In this document: positions 1-10,065 of the stretch, piece by piece
How the letters are laid out: each line of letters begins with the position of its first letter
Numbering within the stretch: the stretch's first letter is position 1
Source of the DNA: an uncultured Clostridia bacterium
GTDB lineage: Bacteria; Bacillota; Clostridia; JAAYHZ01
Length of the DNA: 64,000 bases
Assembly (NCBI GenBank): GCA_937894465.1
Contig: CALCRE010000299.1
Location: 1,244-65,243, forward strand
Reading direction: 5' to 3'
The notes under the pieces: generated by a model
What the model was told of the DNA's origin: nothing
The model's input: the letters and a program-made list of their open reading frames with translations, nothing else
Databases searched by the model: none
Translations under genes and position numbers: made by a program

Positions 1-653
1 TGCCCCGTACCGATCAGTGCATGATAGGATTTTGGGTACTGATCAACAAGAAAAACCCCCAAAGCACTTCCCCAAGACTCACCTATAAGATATATTTTCT
101 CTTTGGAAAAGCGTTTCCTTAAATGTTCCGTCACCGCGTAGCCATCCTGTATATAGGTTTGGACTGTGATATATTTCGTTTTTTCTGCATAATAGGACTT
201 TCCGGAGCCGGGCTGATCCCAGTTGACAACAACAAAATGCTTCTCCAACACCGACAGCTCATGCCGTACCGCCGCCATCTGCGTTCCACCGGGACCTCCC
301 GCCAAAAAGAGAAGTACCGGTGCGTTCTTGTCCCGGCCTCTCAGGCTGATCCACTGCTTTCTGCCGTTCAGATCAAGTTCAATAAGCTCCGCAATACTGT
401 TTTTAGGTGTACTTTCATTTTCATCAACAATACGCGGCGTGAAAGTGGCGTGTTGTGAGAAGAGAATCAATCCTACGTTGAATATCAACACAACAGTAAA
501 AAATATCGCCGCGTTTTTAAAACGTACAAACTGCTTGGGACTCGTCTTTTTCCTTATACGGGAAACGGCATAAATAGCCCCTTTGAGTATCATCCCCAAA
601 AGTGCAATGACTGACAAAGCAGTCAAAACAAAAAATAGAATTGTTTGAATCAT
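1..653 (-). CDS. alpha/beta-hydrolase (proline iminopeptidase-like), 3' end beyond window start
   Basis: Minus-strand translation from ATG at 651-653 (RBS GGAGG upstream) gives MIQTILFFVLTALSV... with LFLAGGPGG and the GESWGSALG nucleophile elbow. It runs off the window edge, so it is absent from the ORF track. Confidence 0.55.
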   Translation of the reverse strand, partial: MIQTILFFVLTALSVIALLGMILKGAIYAVSRIRKKTSPKQFVRFKNAAIFFTVVLIFNVGLILFSQHATFTPRIVDENESTPKNSIAELIELDLNGRKQWISLRGRDKNAPVLLFLAGGPGGTQMAAVRHELSVLEKHFVVVNWDQPGSGKSYYAEKTKYITVQTYIQDGYAVTEHLRKRFSKEKIYLIGESWGSALGVFLVDQYPKSYHALIGTG

Positions 654-665
654 TGTAAACCTCCA

Positions 666-1217
666 TTACCGTTTTATATATATACTTTCAAGGGCGTTGC
701 CCATGATTGGAATGTCTGTAATACGACTGTCCACAGGGAACAGCTTGTTTTTCTCCAGCAAGCTTTTTATGACTTTTATTTTTTCCTTTTCATTCAACGG
801 CTCGCGGAAAACCAGTGCACCACCCGGTTTCAAACAGCCGGCCAATGCAGGTACGACTCTTTCCAAATCCCTTTCCGAAATATCGTGCAAGACAAAGTGA
901 CAATACACTATATTAAAGGTTTCTTTTGAAAGCTCCTCAGATTCCCATTTCAAATAATTAATGTTTACAAACTTACACAGTGTCTTACGGCAGACACTCA
1001 ACCACCGCTTGGAGATATCCAGGCAGGTTAAATGTCCGTCAGGAAGCCTTTTCGCCACATAGTACGCAACCGTTCCCATACCGCTCCCGAAATCCAGGAC
1101 CCTTTCCTTGCCTTCAAGGGGAAGTCGGTCCGCGAATGTTTGGTAGACAGACTTGCCGCAAAAGAAAAACGCAAGTCTTGTCAGAAGTATTTCCAAACGA
1201 GTCGGTTCAAAATTCAT
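666..1217 (-). CDS. class I SAM-dependent methyltransferase
   Basis: VLDFGSGMG motif I and LKPGG motif; RBS GAGGTGA 6 nt before the ATG. Confidence 0.7.
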   Translation of the reverse strand: MNFEPTRLEILLTRLAFFFCGKSVYQTFADRLPLEGKERVLDFGSGMGTVAYYVAKRLPDGHLTCLDISKRWLSVCRKTLCKFVNINYLKWESEELSKETFNIVYCHFVLHDISERDLERVVPALAGCLKPGGALVFREPLNEKEKIKVIKSLLEKNKLFPVDSRITDIPIMGNALESIYIKR

Positions 1218-1315
1218 TGTTCATCACCTCACATAAAAAAATCAGCTGTATTCAAGTTCATTGCTATCATAACAAAGGAACCTTTCATACAGCTGATATG
1301 AACCTTAAATTTACC

Positions 1316-2716
1316 TTAAATCGTGGGAATTATGATCCGGAAAGTACTACCGTTACTCTCCTTTAGGCATAGTATCAAATCCCCTCCGTGCACCTTGGTA
1401 ATTTTTTTTGCTATGGAAAGTCCCAATCCGCTGCCTCCGGTTTTGGAATTTCTGGAATCATCCGCCCGAACAAAAGGTTTAAATATGCTATCCGCAAAGT
1501 GTGACGGTATTCCGACACCATCATCGCTAAAATTTATTACCGCTTGAGAATTCTGAACCGTCAAACTTACGGTAATCAGAGTTCCCTTCGAATTGTATCG
1601 CATTGCATTGTTCGCAAGATTTTGAATCACACGGCTAAATTGGTGAGGATCCAGCAGAACATAAACACTTTCTTCGGGAATATCAAATTCATACTTGAAA
1701 CCTTCATGTTCTATCTGCGGCACTAGCTCGGCGCATATCAGGCGGGTGTATTCACAAATATCCGTTTTTACCGGTTTTAATAAAAACTCCGGGCTGTCTA
1801 ACCGGGAGAGTTCAAACAATTCGGTAAGGAGTTGATTCGCCCTTTTGCCGTTACTGAGAATGACATCAATGTATTCATTTCGTTCCTGCTCGGTCATTCC
1901 TGTTTTTTTCTTGAGCAATTCCCCATACCCCTGTATACCGGACATCGGGTTTTTAAGATCATGGGAGATATCGAGAATCAACTGTCGCCTATCCTCCTCT
2001 GACTTCTTACGCAAGGATATTTCATGCTCAATGCGGGCAGCCATGTCGTTAAAGGTATTTTGAAGCTCGGCGAATTCATTTTTTAAGCGCAAGTCCACTC
2101 GTACGGAATAATCGCCTTCTCGCAAAAGCCTTGTACCGTCGCACAGCTTTTTCAAAGGTACGGTTATACCCGATGCTGTAATCCTTGAATAGATGAAAGC
2201 AAAAAGCTCAAGTACCAGAAGATAGCAAAGCATCACAAAAGCAATGGTCCGACCTGCCTGTTTGAAATCATCTGCGGTTGCCTCTTTATTATGAACCAAA
2301 GAAAAATCCAGCCTTATGGAAGTAGGAAAAGTAACGATCAGCCAAAATTCGCTCTTTGGTTGATAGAGAATGTCGTAATGATAGGGTTTGCTTTTACTCT
2401 CCGTTAGAAATCTCGTGAATTCCTCGGCGGTCAGCCGTTCTTTCCCGATGGTGTCAATGCCTTTTGAATAAACGACGCGGTATTTCTTGTCCACAACCTG
2501 TACGCCACCGCCGTTTTGCACGACAGCAGATGCATCAATCTGTTTATAATCCTCTTTGACTATAGAACATGCAGGATACCGGTTTTTTACCAGGGAATCC
2601 GAAATCAGTCCGCTGGCAAAGGACAGTAACATAAATGCAAGCACAGTGTCTATTATTGTCAGTAGAAATATCACTAGAAAATTTCTAAGAAATTGATTGG
2701 ACAGTTTTCTTTTCAT
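1316..2716 (-). CDS. sensor histidine kinase (two TM, HAMP-like, HisKA, HATPase_c)
   Basis: H-box ISHDLKNPMSGIQGY; G-box GGSGLGLSIAKKI; N-terminal hydrophobic segments. Confidence 0.85.
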   Translation of the reverse strand: MKRKLSNQFLRNFLVIFLLTIIDTVLAFMLLSFASGLISDSLVKNRYPACSIVKEDYKQIDASAVVQNGGGVQVVDKKYRVVYSKGIDTIGKERLTAEEFTRFLTESKSKPYHYDILYQPKSEFWLIVTFPTSIRLDFSLVHNKEATADDFKQAGRTIAFVMLCYLLVLELFAFIYSRITASGITVPLKKLCDGTRLLREGDYSVRVDLRLKNEFAELQNTFNDMAARIEHEISLRKKSEEDRRQLILDISHDLKNPMSGIQGYGELLKKKTGMTEQERNEYIDVILSNGKRANQLLTELFELSRLDSPEFLLKPVKTDICEYTRLICAELVPQIEHEGFKYEFDIPEESVYVLLDPHQFSRVIQNLANNAMRYNSKGTLITVSLTVQNSQAVINFSDDGVGIPSHFADSIFKPFVRADDSRNSKTGGSGLGLSIAKKITKVHGGDLILCLKESNGSTFRIIIPTI

Positions 2717-2718
2717 GG

Positions 2719-3396
2719 CTATTCACCGGTATAGTGGAGCTTGTAACCGATGCCACGAATGGTTTTCAGATACTTTGGCTTTTGCGGATCGTCTTCAATA
2801 CGGTTCCTTATTCGACTGATATGCACCATCACGGTGTTGTCGTCAAAATAATACTCCTCCTCCCATACCGCTTGATAAAGCTGCCGCTTTGTAAACACCT
2901 TCTCAGGATGCTCGATAAAATGTAAAAGCAGCTTATACTCCTTTGCGCCAAGTTCAATCGGTTCTCCGTCTTTAAAGGCGCAGCATTTTTCCTTGTCGAT
3001 AGACAAGTTTTTATATGTAATGTGTCCGTCGGATTTTTCCTTAGGAGAAAGATACTCGTTACTCCGCCTCAGTTGTGCGCCTATGCGGGCCACTAACTCG
3101 GCAATGGAAAACGGTTTAGCTATATAGTCGTCCGCGCCTAATCCGAGTCCTAGCACCTTGTCCATATCGTCCGCCCTGGCGGTGAGGAAGATGACGGGGA
3201 TGGTGCTGTGTTCCCGTAATTTACGAAGAAGATTGAATCCATCGTCAAGGATCGCAAGATGAACTTCCTGTTTTTTTAGGATGTCCCATGCTTCCTTACC
3301 GTTTTGTGCCGTCAAGACTGTGTATCCGTTTTCCTCCAGACTAATTTTCACAAGATTTCGGATATCATTCTCGTCATCTGCAATCAGTATAACCAT
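2719..3396 (-). CDS. OmpR-family response regulator
   Basis: Receiver MVILIADDE...D; winged-helix C-terminus IRGIGYKL; 3 nt from the downstream kinase. Confidence 0.9.
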   Translation of the reverse strand: MVILIADDENDIRNLVKISLEENGYTVLTAQNGKEAWDILKKQEVHLAILDDGFNLLRKLREHSTIPVIFLTARADDMDKVLGLGLGADDYIAKPFSIAELVARIGAQLRRSNEYLSPKEKSDGHITYKNLSIDKEKCCAFKDGEPIELGAKEYKLLLHFIEHPEKVFTKRQLYQAVWEEEYYFDDNTVMVHISRIRNRIEDDPQKPKYLKTIRGIGYKLHYTGE

Positions 3397-3441
3397 AAGA
3401 GTTTTAACACCTCCTGTCTGTAATACGCCACTATTTATATA

Positions 3442-4539
3442 TCATCTTACATATTCGTCAAAAAAGGCAAGACTTTTTTGATTGACGATCTTTAAAGATT
3501 CGTATCCTGATTTATTAACTCTTCCACCGAGTAGCGCGCATACAATCGGTGATGTTCTAATTAAATCCGTCAATGTATAATGGTTGCTGCCTTCGATATA
3601 ATAGTACCGGGTGTTTCCGTTATTGAGCAACTGATTTTTGTTTTGCACATATTTATTGTCCGTTCCGATCAAGGAGTAGCCGTTGTCACTGTAGATGTTC
3701 ATAACGGCACACCGATAGGGATTTGTGTCCCATGTAAATTCATTTCCATCAATCCCCGTAATATCGCACATATAGGGGGACTCCAACGCAATCACCGCTT
3801 TAATGTCGTTTCGTTGTCTTCCAACTCCGAGAGCGGCAGAGCCGCCAAGAGAATGACCGGCAACACCAATTCGATTTACATCGACTAACGAATAGAAGGA
3901 ATCGTTTTCACTCATGGATTGTTCAATGAATGAGTCGATCACAAAATGAATGTCATCGGTGCGAAGCTTCATCCACTTTTGAAAACATGCATAAGAGTTC
4001 TCTAAATCCGAGTGGGAATCCTCTTCACTTAATTCCTTCATGTATCCCGGGTCGATCGTTATATTGACTCCGTCAATTTTAGTATAGAGTGCATGATAGG
4101 TATGGTCAATGCTGACAACCACATAACCGTGGCTAGCAAGTTCTTTATATAGTGAAAGATTGCTTGTTTTTGTTGAAATACCACCGTGAGAAAAAACAAT
4201 CAGGGGGCAAGAGTTATCTAAAATTCCGCCTTCTTTCGGATAATAAACAAGCAGGGACAGTTTTCGCGGACTGCCGTCGTTTTTTAACTCTTCCATACGA
4301 GATAGGTCAGTCAATTCCAACACACAAGATGTATAGGAGTATACACCTGTAGTTGGGATGCTTTTAAAATTAGGAAACATAACAACTGCGGTTAAAATAA
4401 AAATAATGGCAATTGTTGTAACACTGCTTACAATTCTTTTTAACCAACCTTTTTTTATGATCTTTAACTTTCCCATGATAACCCGAAAACCAATCAAAAG
4501 AACCGACACAGCAAGTAAGATATAGTTATAAAAAGCCAT
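3442..4539 (-). CDS. membrane-anchored alpha/beta hydrolase (lipase/esterase-like)
   Basis: N-terminal TM segments; AGHSLGG nucleophile elbow. Start placed at the ATG after the AAGGAG RBS, not the upstream GTG in the ORF track. Confidence 0.65.
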   Translation of the reverse strand: MAFYNYILLAVSVLLIGFRVIMGKLKIIKKGWLKRIVSSVTTIAIIFILTAVVMFPNFKSIPTTGVYSYTSCVLELTDLSRMEELKNDGSPRKLSLLVYYPKEGGILDNSCPLIVFSHGGISTKTSNLSLYKELASHGYVVVSIDHTYHALYTKIDGVNITIDPGYMKELSEEDSHSDLENSYACFQKWMKLRTDDIHFVIDSFIEQSMSENDSFYSLVDVNRIGVAGHSLGGSAALGVGRQRNDIKAVIALESPYMCDITGIDGNEFTWDTNPYRCAVMNIYSDNGYSLIGTDNKYVQNKNQLLNNGNTRYYYIEGSNHYTLTDLIRTSPIVCALLGGRVNKSGYESLKIVNQKSLAFFDEYVR

Positions 4540-4914
4540 AAACACTCCTTAATAAGCTTGCATCTGTTTTAAGTTCATCCACTCCACTCACACGGAGAAA
4601 TAAGACATGGTCATTATAATATGAATATAACCAACAATACAATGACGGTGTAACATAAAATAGTAGAATAGTCGTAAAGTTTGCTATTGATGCTTCCTCT
4701 TTTTATTAGTATAATGAACTAAGATATGGTCTATTGTGGTAAACAGCAATAGAAAAAGACAGAATATTAACTTATTGATTTGCCGTAAAATGGATACGAC
4801 GATCATGCTCATGCATCTTAAACGAGGCAATCATTATGAAAATTGAATATCATAATACGGACCGGCAGATGTAATTTGAATATTCAAATTCTTATGTAGG
4901 TTGAAAAACAAACG

Positions 4915-5379
4915 GTGAGCATAATGAAAAAGAAAAAGAAGTATAGGTCTTTGGAAGAAAGATACCTCCCCTCCGAGCCGTGCTGTTGCGATATATGCAG
5001 GTCATATTGCACCCGCCCGGGCTGGTGGACTGTCAAGCAAGCAGCTTTGGCAATCAAAGCAGGATATGGGCGACGCATGATGTTGGAGATTTCACCTGAG
5101 TTGACTTTTGGCGTACTTTCTCCCGCATTTAAAGGTTGTGAAGGGAATTACGCTTTGCAAGAATACGCGAAAAATGGATGCAACTTTTTAAGAGATGGTC
5201 TCTGTGAACTTCATGGAACCGGTCATGAGCCCCTTGAATGCCGCTATTGCCATCATCTTCGAAAAGGTCTTGGCCAAAAATGCCATGCAGATCTTGAAAA
5301 GGACTGGAGAACACCGGGCGGACAGGCATTGGTAAGAAGTTGGATTGAACTCACCATAAAAAGAAAACTATATCTATAA
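4915..5379 (+). CDS. Cys-rich hypothetical protein (possible metal-binding)
   Basis: ORF with CCCDICRSYC, CEGNYA, CELHG and CRYCHH clusters; local GC content visibly above the surrounding AT-rich sequence. Confidence 0.35.
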   Translation: MSIMKKKKKYRSLEERYLPSEPCCCDICRSYCTRPGWWTVKQAALAIKAGYGRRMMLEISPELTFGVLSPAFKGCEGNYALQEYAKNGCNFLRDGLCELHGTGHEPLECRYCHHLRKGLGQKCHADLEKDWRTPGGQALVRSWIELTIKRKLYL

Positions 5380-5459
5380 AACAAGCTTAAAAAACCTTTT
5401 CTCAACCTGTTTTGCTCATTTCACTTTTTTTCACGGACGTTTACTTCGAACGACTGTTA

Positions 5460-6080
5460 TCATACTTTTTTTAAACTAGAAAGTTCCATCCCCAATATTT
5501 TCCAAGAACCCACAATCCTTAAGTATCTTTTCAATAGCCTCCCCGATTGCAGGTGATGGGTTTTCCTTGTAGTATTTTTATCCTTTATATTGATGTAGGG
5601 TATATCCGCTTTCTTCATTCCTTTGCATAATTCCTTTAGCATGTTAACAGCATCAATTACATTAGAAAGCTGAAGGTTTACAAATGTAATATAATGATCT
5701 CTCTGATACATACATCCATTGCAATCTGCCATGTGCAGAATAATCCACAAGTCAAGAGTCAGATTACTATAACCAAACCTATACGTAACCTGCTTAAAAG
5801 AACTTGCTTGTTTCATCCTGTCCATAGTTGTAAAAAATTGCTGAACATGAACCTGTTCGTCGCTTTCATAATCGGAAAGATGGTATATTACCGTTTGACC
5901 AAATACAGTTAGCTTTTTTACATATTTAGAAGGATCTTTTTGGACGTCGCACTATATCGAAACTTTATAAGCAGTGTCTTGATTATTATTAAATAAATAA
6001 TCCAACCACTTTAGATACCAATACTCTGTTTCTCCCTCCACGCTAAAGAAATAAGTGTTACATCTTTTCAAACAAGCCAT
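5460..6080 (-). pseudogene. RloB-like (AbiLii-like, Toprim-like) partner gene interrupted by an in-frame TAG
   Basis: The ATG at 6078-6080 abuts the ATPase stop and gives MACLKRCNTYFFSVEGETEYWYLKWL... (RloB-like xVEGETE motif). An amber codon after 42 codons. The same frame then continues into the 121-aa ORF 5460..5825 (…CDVQKDPSKYVKKL…MDRMKQ…). Confidence 0.5.
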
Positions 6081-7412
6081 TTATCGCACACCACCTTCGC
6101 TAGCACGAATTTCTTCGAAAATAGGTGTAAAATCAATATCTTTAATGGCACCATATTGACTGATAAAATAATTCTTCATATAGTCATCGTGCTTACGAAC
6201 ACCCTTTTCACCAGTCGTTCCGAAATCAGATAAAGCATATAACGTGCTGTAATGACTATCATCATCACGCTCCACAAATTTAATTTCATCTCTTCTAAAA
6301 AGGTTAGAGTTTAAGAAAATCGGATTATGTGTATTAAAGATAAGCTGTGCGCGATGAATATTAATATCATCATTATGAAATATATTAATAATACTCATAA
6401 GTGCCATCGGATGGATAGAAGCATCAAATTCATCAACAACCAAAGTACCACCTATTTGTATTGCACGAATTACCAACGGAAACATATTGATAAATTGGAT
6501 GGTGCCATATGACTCAAATAATTCAGCTGCCATAGCAGCACCTTTCTTCTCTTTTATATTATTAAAAATAGAACATAACTTCGCCTCAGAATCGTCATCG
6601 CTCACAACATATCCTAGAGCATTAGAGTTGATACCAAAAAGTCTTGCGGCCTTATCCGTCGTTGCCTCTACATATACAGCCTTTTTCTGCGCGTCAGCAA
6701 ACCTTTTAATTAATTGCATAGAGTCAGCACGATAAATTACCATAAATTTATTTGCAAACCAATCAATAACCGTCTTCACAAAAAGTTGCGAGATAATTAG
6801 CTTAAAACCATTGGTCAGGAATAACTCCTCTTGATTTAGGCTGTTTTGTGCAATATTAAAAACACTTTCATAATTCTGCACCGTGGATTCAGGTAAATAC
6901 CTTTTAATAACCTTTAAGCTTCCAAGAACTAATTTTTCACCACGCCTAAATACTACATCACCATTAACAAAAAGCTCTTCATCGATTACTTTTCTTTGAT
7001 AATTATCTTCAAGAAATAATCCCAGATCAAGACTGACACTATATTTCACAAGCATCTTATCCACAAAAAATTCTACGGAAAATTCAACAGGCATAGATGA
7101 GGTTAGTTTATTATTCGGAATTAACTCTAAAGCAGACGATGCAGGATTAGGAGAAGACTTTTCTTCTGAGTTTCTAATATTTCCACGAAGAACAATAGAA
7201 CGAAACACATCCATTGCACCTATTATATTTGTTTTTCCTGCTGCATTAGGACCATATATAACAGAAGAACATAAACCTATAACAGGCTTACCCTTTACTT
7301 CTTCTTTTAATAAGCTGTAATCAAGTCCCGATTGTTTCGCTGCCTTTTTCATAGAGAACATTGTTTTCTCCACGAATGACTTGTAGTTCTTTGTTGTAAA
7401 TTCAAGCAACAT
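6081..7412 (-). CDS. AAA_21/AAA_15-type ATPase, AbiLi/RloA-like (OLD-family ATPase domain)
   Basis: Walker A IYGPNAAGKTN; C-terminal LVVDEFDASIHP (Walker B plus His). Clear homologue of the ATPase at 61629..62867. Start chosen at MLLEFTTKNYKSF. Confidence 0.75.
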   Translation of the reverse strand: MLLEFTTKNYKSFVEKTMFSMKKAAKQSGLDYSLLKEEVKGKPVIGLCSSVIYGPNAAGKTNIIGAMDVFRSIVLRGNIRNSEEKSSPNPASSALELIPNNKLTSSMPVEFSVEFFVDKMLVKYSVSLDLGLFLEDNYQRKVIDEELFVNGDVVFRRGEKLVLGSLKVIKRYLPESTVQNYESVFNIAQNSLNQEELFLTNGFKLIISQLFVKTVIDWFANKFMVIYRADSMQLIKRFADAQKKAVYVEATTDKAARLFGINSNALGYVVSDDDSEAKLCSIFNNIKEKKGAAMAAELFESYGTIQFINMFPLVIRAIQIGGTLVVDEFDASIHPMALMSIINIFHNDDINIHRAQLIFNTHNPIFLNSNLFRRDEIKFVERDDDSHYSTLYALSDFGTTGEKGVRKHDDYMKNYFISQYGAIKDIDFTPIFEEIRASEGGVR

Positions 7413-7992
7413 GGACATAACCCTCAATTTCGCTTCATATTTGCAATAACATATTATTACTTTAGGCAAACTCTACCTATAAGTCAATATTCAAATTTTA
7501 TTTTGCAAAATTACTGCAAAAAACAAATACATTTCTTTTTCGGATGATCGAAAGTTACGATGAATTGCCTTGATTTCTTCAAGCAATTCGTAGATTGTGC
7601 CGTTTTGGTCTTGTTTCAACAATTAATATATAATGCCATCACAATCCGCCAGCATATGACCAATTGGTCATCGGTCGAACCACACATGTTCCGCACCATC
7701 ACCGTTCCCCCATTCCACAATAGCATATGAGGCGCAAACAATCAGGAGCATATGTTAAAACTCACTTGCGGCAACCTTTCAAAAAAATATAATTTGGTTG
7801 TTTTAATATTATGTTTCGTATGTAGCAGGAAAATTAGCTGAACTAACCGTTTAAGAGGAAATACCATTAACCTTAGCAATGGCTAATAAATTTTAAACAT
7901 CCTGCTTCTTGTGGATCGGTAAAGGAAAAAAAGCTTCTTTTTTTACCTCTTTTTCTTTTTCTTTATATGATCATTTTTATTACACCTATCCT

Positions 7993-8020
7993 TGTATTGT
8001 TCGCTCAAAAGATGTATAGT
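7993..8020 (+). promoter_or_regulatory. candidate sigma-A promoter for the HTH-darT-darG operon
   Basis: TTGTAT, 16-nt spacer, TATAGT, about 35 nt upstream of the 8056 start. Confidence 0.35.
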
Positions 8021-8055
8021 ATTAAATAGGAAATTTGTATGGCGAGGATTGAGCG

Positions 8056-8268
8056 ATGAGTTTGGAAACAGAGCTGATGTCAACTAAAAAAGCGGCAGAA
8101 TTGTGGGGAATTACTGCTCGTCGTGTTCAGATCCTTTGTAGCAAGGGTCTGGTAGAAGGTGCGATCAAGTTGGATAGAACATGGATTATACCAAAAGGTT
8201 CTGCTAAGCCTGTTGACGGACGCACCCGAGCAGCTAAACTGAACAAGAACAGGGAGGCAGGTATTTAA
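8056..8268 (+). CDS. small helix-turn-helix DNA-binding protein (excisionase/MerR-like HTH)
   Basis: KKAAELWGITARRVQILCSKGLV HTH; its stop overlaps the darT ATG (TAATG). Confidence 0.6.
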   Translation: MSLETELMSTKKAAELWGITARRVQILCSKGLVEGAIKLDRTWIIPKGSAKPVDGRTRAAKLNKNREAGI

Positions 8269-8924
8269 TGAGCAGCATTGATCCTAATAGTATTAAATTA
8301 TTTCATATTGTTCATATTGACAAATTGCCCCCTATACTTAGTTCAGGCAAAGCAGGACGATTGATTTGTGATAACGATGTAAAAAAACTGAACCTTTCGG
8401 GCACAACTATTGGTATGAGCAAAATTAAAGAACGAAGGATGAATGAGCTTACCCTGAATTCTCATCCCGATTTGTTTGTCGGTGACTGTGTTCCATTCTA
8501 CTTTTGTCCGCGGTCAATAATGTTATATATGTTTCGTCAAAACAATCATCCTGATATAGAATATAAAGGCGGGCAAGAGCCGATAGTACATTTGGTGTTC
8601 AAGATGATGGATGTTATTGATTGGGCAAATCAAAAAGAACGACGGTGGGCGTTTACAGACTCCAACGCAGGTTCACGTTACTTTAATGACTATTGCGATC
8701 TTTTGTATATCAATAGACTCAATTGGAATGCTATTAATACAAATAGTTGGAGCAATTGCATAGAGGAAAAGCAAGCAGAATTTTTAGTGGAAAAATCTTT
8801 ACCTTGGCATCTTGTAGGAGGGATAGGGGTTTATTCTCTTGAGTATTACCATAAGGTTTACGATGCTATAGTATCCGCAATGCACAAACCTTCTATCAGA
8901 GTTAAGCGTGAATGGTATTATTAG
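8268..8924 (+). CDS. darT: DarT, ssDNA thymidine ADP-ribosyltransferase (DUF4433)
   Basis: LFHIVHIDKLPPIL N-terminus; CVPFYFCPRSIMLY; AFTDSNAG; AEFLVEKSLPW. Characteristic DUF4433 blocks recalled from memory. Confidence 0.75.
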   Translation: MSSIDPNSIKLFHIVHIDKLPPILSSGKAGRLICDNDVKKLNLSGTTIGMSKIKERRMNELTLNSHPDLFVGDCVPFYFCPRSIMLYMFRQNNHPDIEYKGGQEPIVHLVFKMMDVIDWANQKERRWAFTDSNAGSRYFNDYCDLLYINRLNWNAINTNSWSNCIEEKQAEFLVEKSLPWHLVGGIGVYSLEYYHKVYDAIVSAMHKPSIRVKREWYY

Positions 8925-8932
8925 CGAGGTGA

Positions 8933-10000
8933 TTGAAAATGATTAACTATAAAACCGGTGACTTATTTAATGATAATGCTGAAGCTATTGTCAATACCGT
9001 GAACTGCGTTGGCGTTATGGGGCGCGGTATTGCTCTACAGTTCAAAAAGCGTTATCCGGAAAACTTTAATGCATATGAAGCTAAATGTAAGCTTGGTGAA
9101 ATGATCCCCGGACGGGTATTTGTATTTGAAATGAATAGTTTTATTAATCCAAGGTATATTATCAATTTTCCTACTAAACGTCATTGGCGCGGAGCAAGTC
9201 GTATTGAGGATATCGAATCAGGCTTGGCCGATTTGGCTAAGGTTATTAAAACATACAACATTAAATCTATTGCCATTCCTCCGCTTGGAAGCGGATTAGG
9301 GGGACTGGACTGGTTTCTTGTTAAAGGTAAAATCAAAGCTGCCCTCATTGACATAAAAGACGTTGAGATAAATGTATATGAGCCGACCGGCGCGCCCAAA
9401 GCTGAGGATATGGTGCGAAATAAACAAGTCCCATCAATGACGCCGGGTCGTGCCGCACTTGTGGAATTAATTCATTTCTACCTCAAAGGATTACTTGACC
9501 CATTTATTACTTTGCTTGAGATCCACAAGCTAATGTACTTTTTGCAAGCTTCAGGTGAAAACCTTCGCTTGCAATACACAAAAGAAACATACGGCCCTTT
9601 TGCAAGAAATCTATCCCACGTGTTAAATGTAGTTGAGGGCCATATGTTGTCTGGATATGCAGATGGTGGAAACAATCCGAGAAAGCGATTAGAGTTAATT
9701 CCCGGAGCTACAGATGACGCAAAAAAGTTTTTGTCTTCACAACCCGACACACTTAAGCGTATAGAAAGAGTATCTGAGCTTGTAGACGGGTTTGAAACAC
9801 CTTTTGGATTGGAGTTACTCGCTACGGTTCATTGGCTTGTGAAAAACGGTGCTAATTCATTAAATGAAGTTATTGAGGAAACATATGCATGGAATCAGCA
9901 TAAATCCCAATTCAGTCCGAGGCAAATTGAAATTGCCTTACGCAGATTAGTCTCATTGCAATGGGTAGATCCCATCGAAGGACTAAACATGCGAAATTAA
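8933..10000 (+). CDS. darG: DarG, macrodomain ADP-ribosyl-DNA glycohydrolase antitoxin with C-terminal DarT-binding domain
   Basis: N-terminal macrodomain (AIVNTVNCVGVMGRGIALQFKKRYP); 9 nt after darT. Confidence 0.75.
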   Translation: MKMINYKTGDLFNDNAEAIVNTVNCVGVMGRGIALQFKKRYPENFNAYEAKCKLGEMIPGRVFVFEMNSFINPRYIINFPTKRHWRGASRIEDIESGLADLAKVIKTYNIKSIAIPPLGSGLGGLDWFLVKGKIKAALIDIKDVEINVYEPTGAPKAEDMVRNKQVPSMTPGRAALVELIHFYLKGLLDPFITLLEIHKLMYFLQASGENLRLQYTKETYGPFARNLSHVLNVVEGHMLSGYADGGNNPRKRLELIPGATDDAKKFLSSQPDTLKRIERVSELVDGFETPFGLELLATVHWLVKNGANSLNEVIEETYAWNQHKSQFSPRQIEIALRRLVSLQWVDPIEGLNMRN

Positions 10001-10042
10001 ATCCTATTAAAAAACTAAAAAGCTTAGCTAAATCATGTAGGA

Positions 10043-10065
10043 GGTCACCCATTAATTGGGTGACC
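10043..10065. other. perfect 9-bp inverted repeat GGTCACCCA-ttaat-TGGGTGACC after darG (hairpin or operator)
   Basis: Read directly from the sequence; not followed by a T-tract. Confidence 0.3.

Noticed and set aside
123-573. Plus-strand ORFs 123..458 and 223..573
   Set aside because: Antisense to a clearly coding minus-strand alpha/beta hydrolase (GxSxG, RBS). No motifs, and low-complexity translation.
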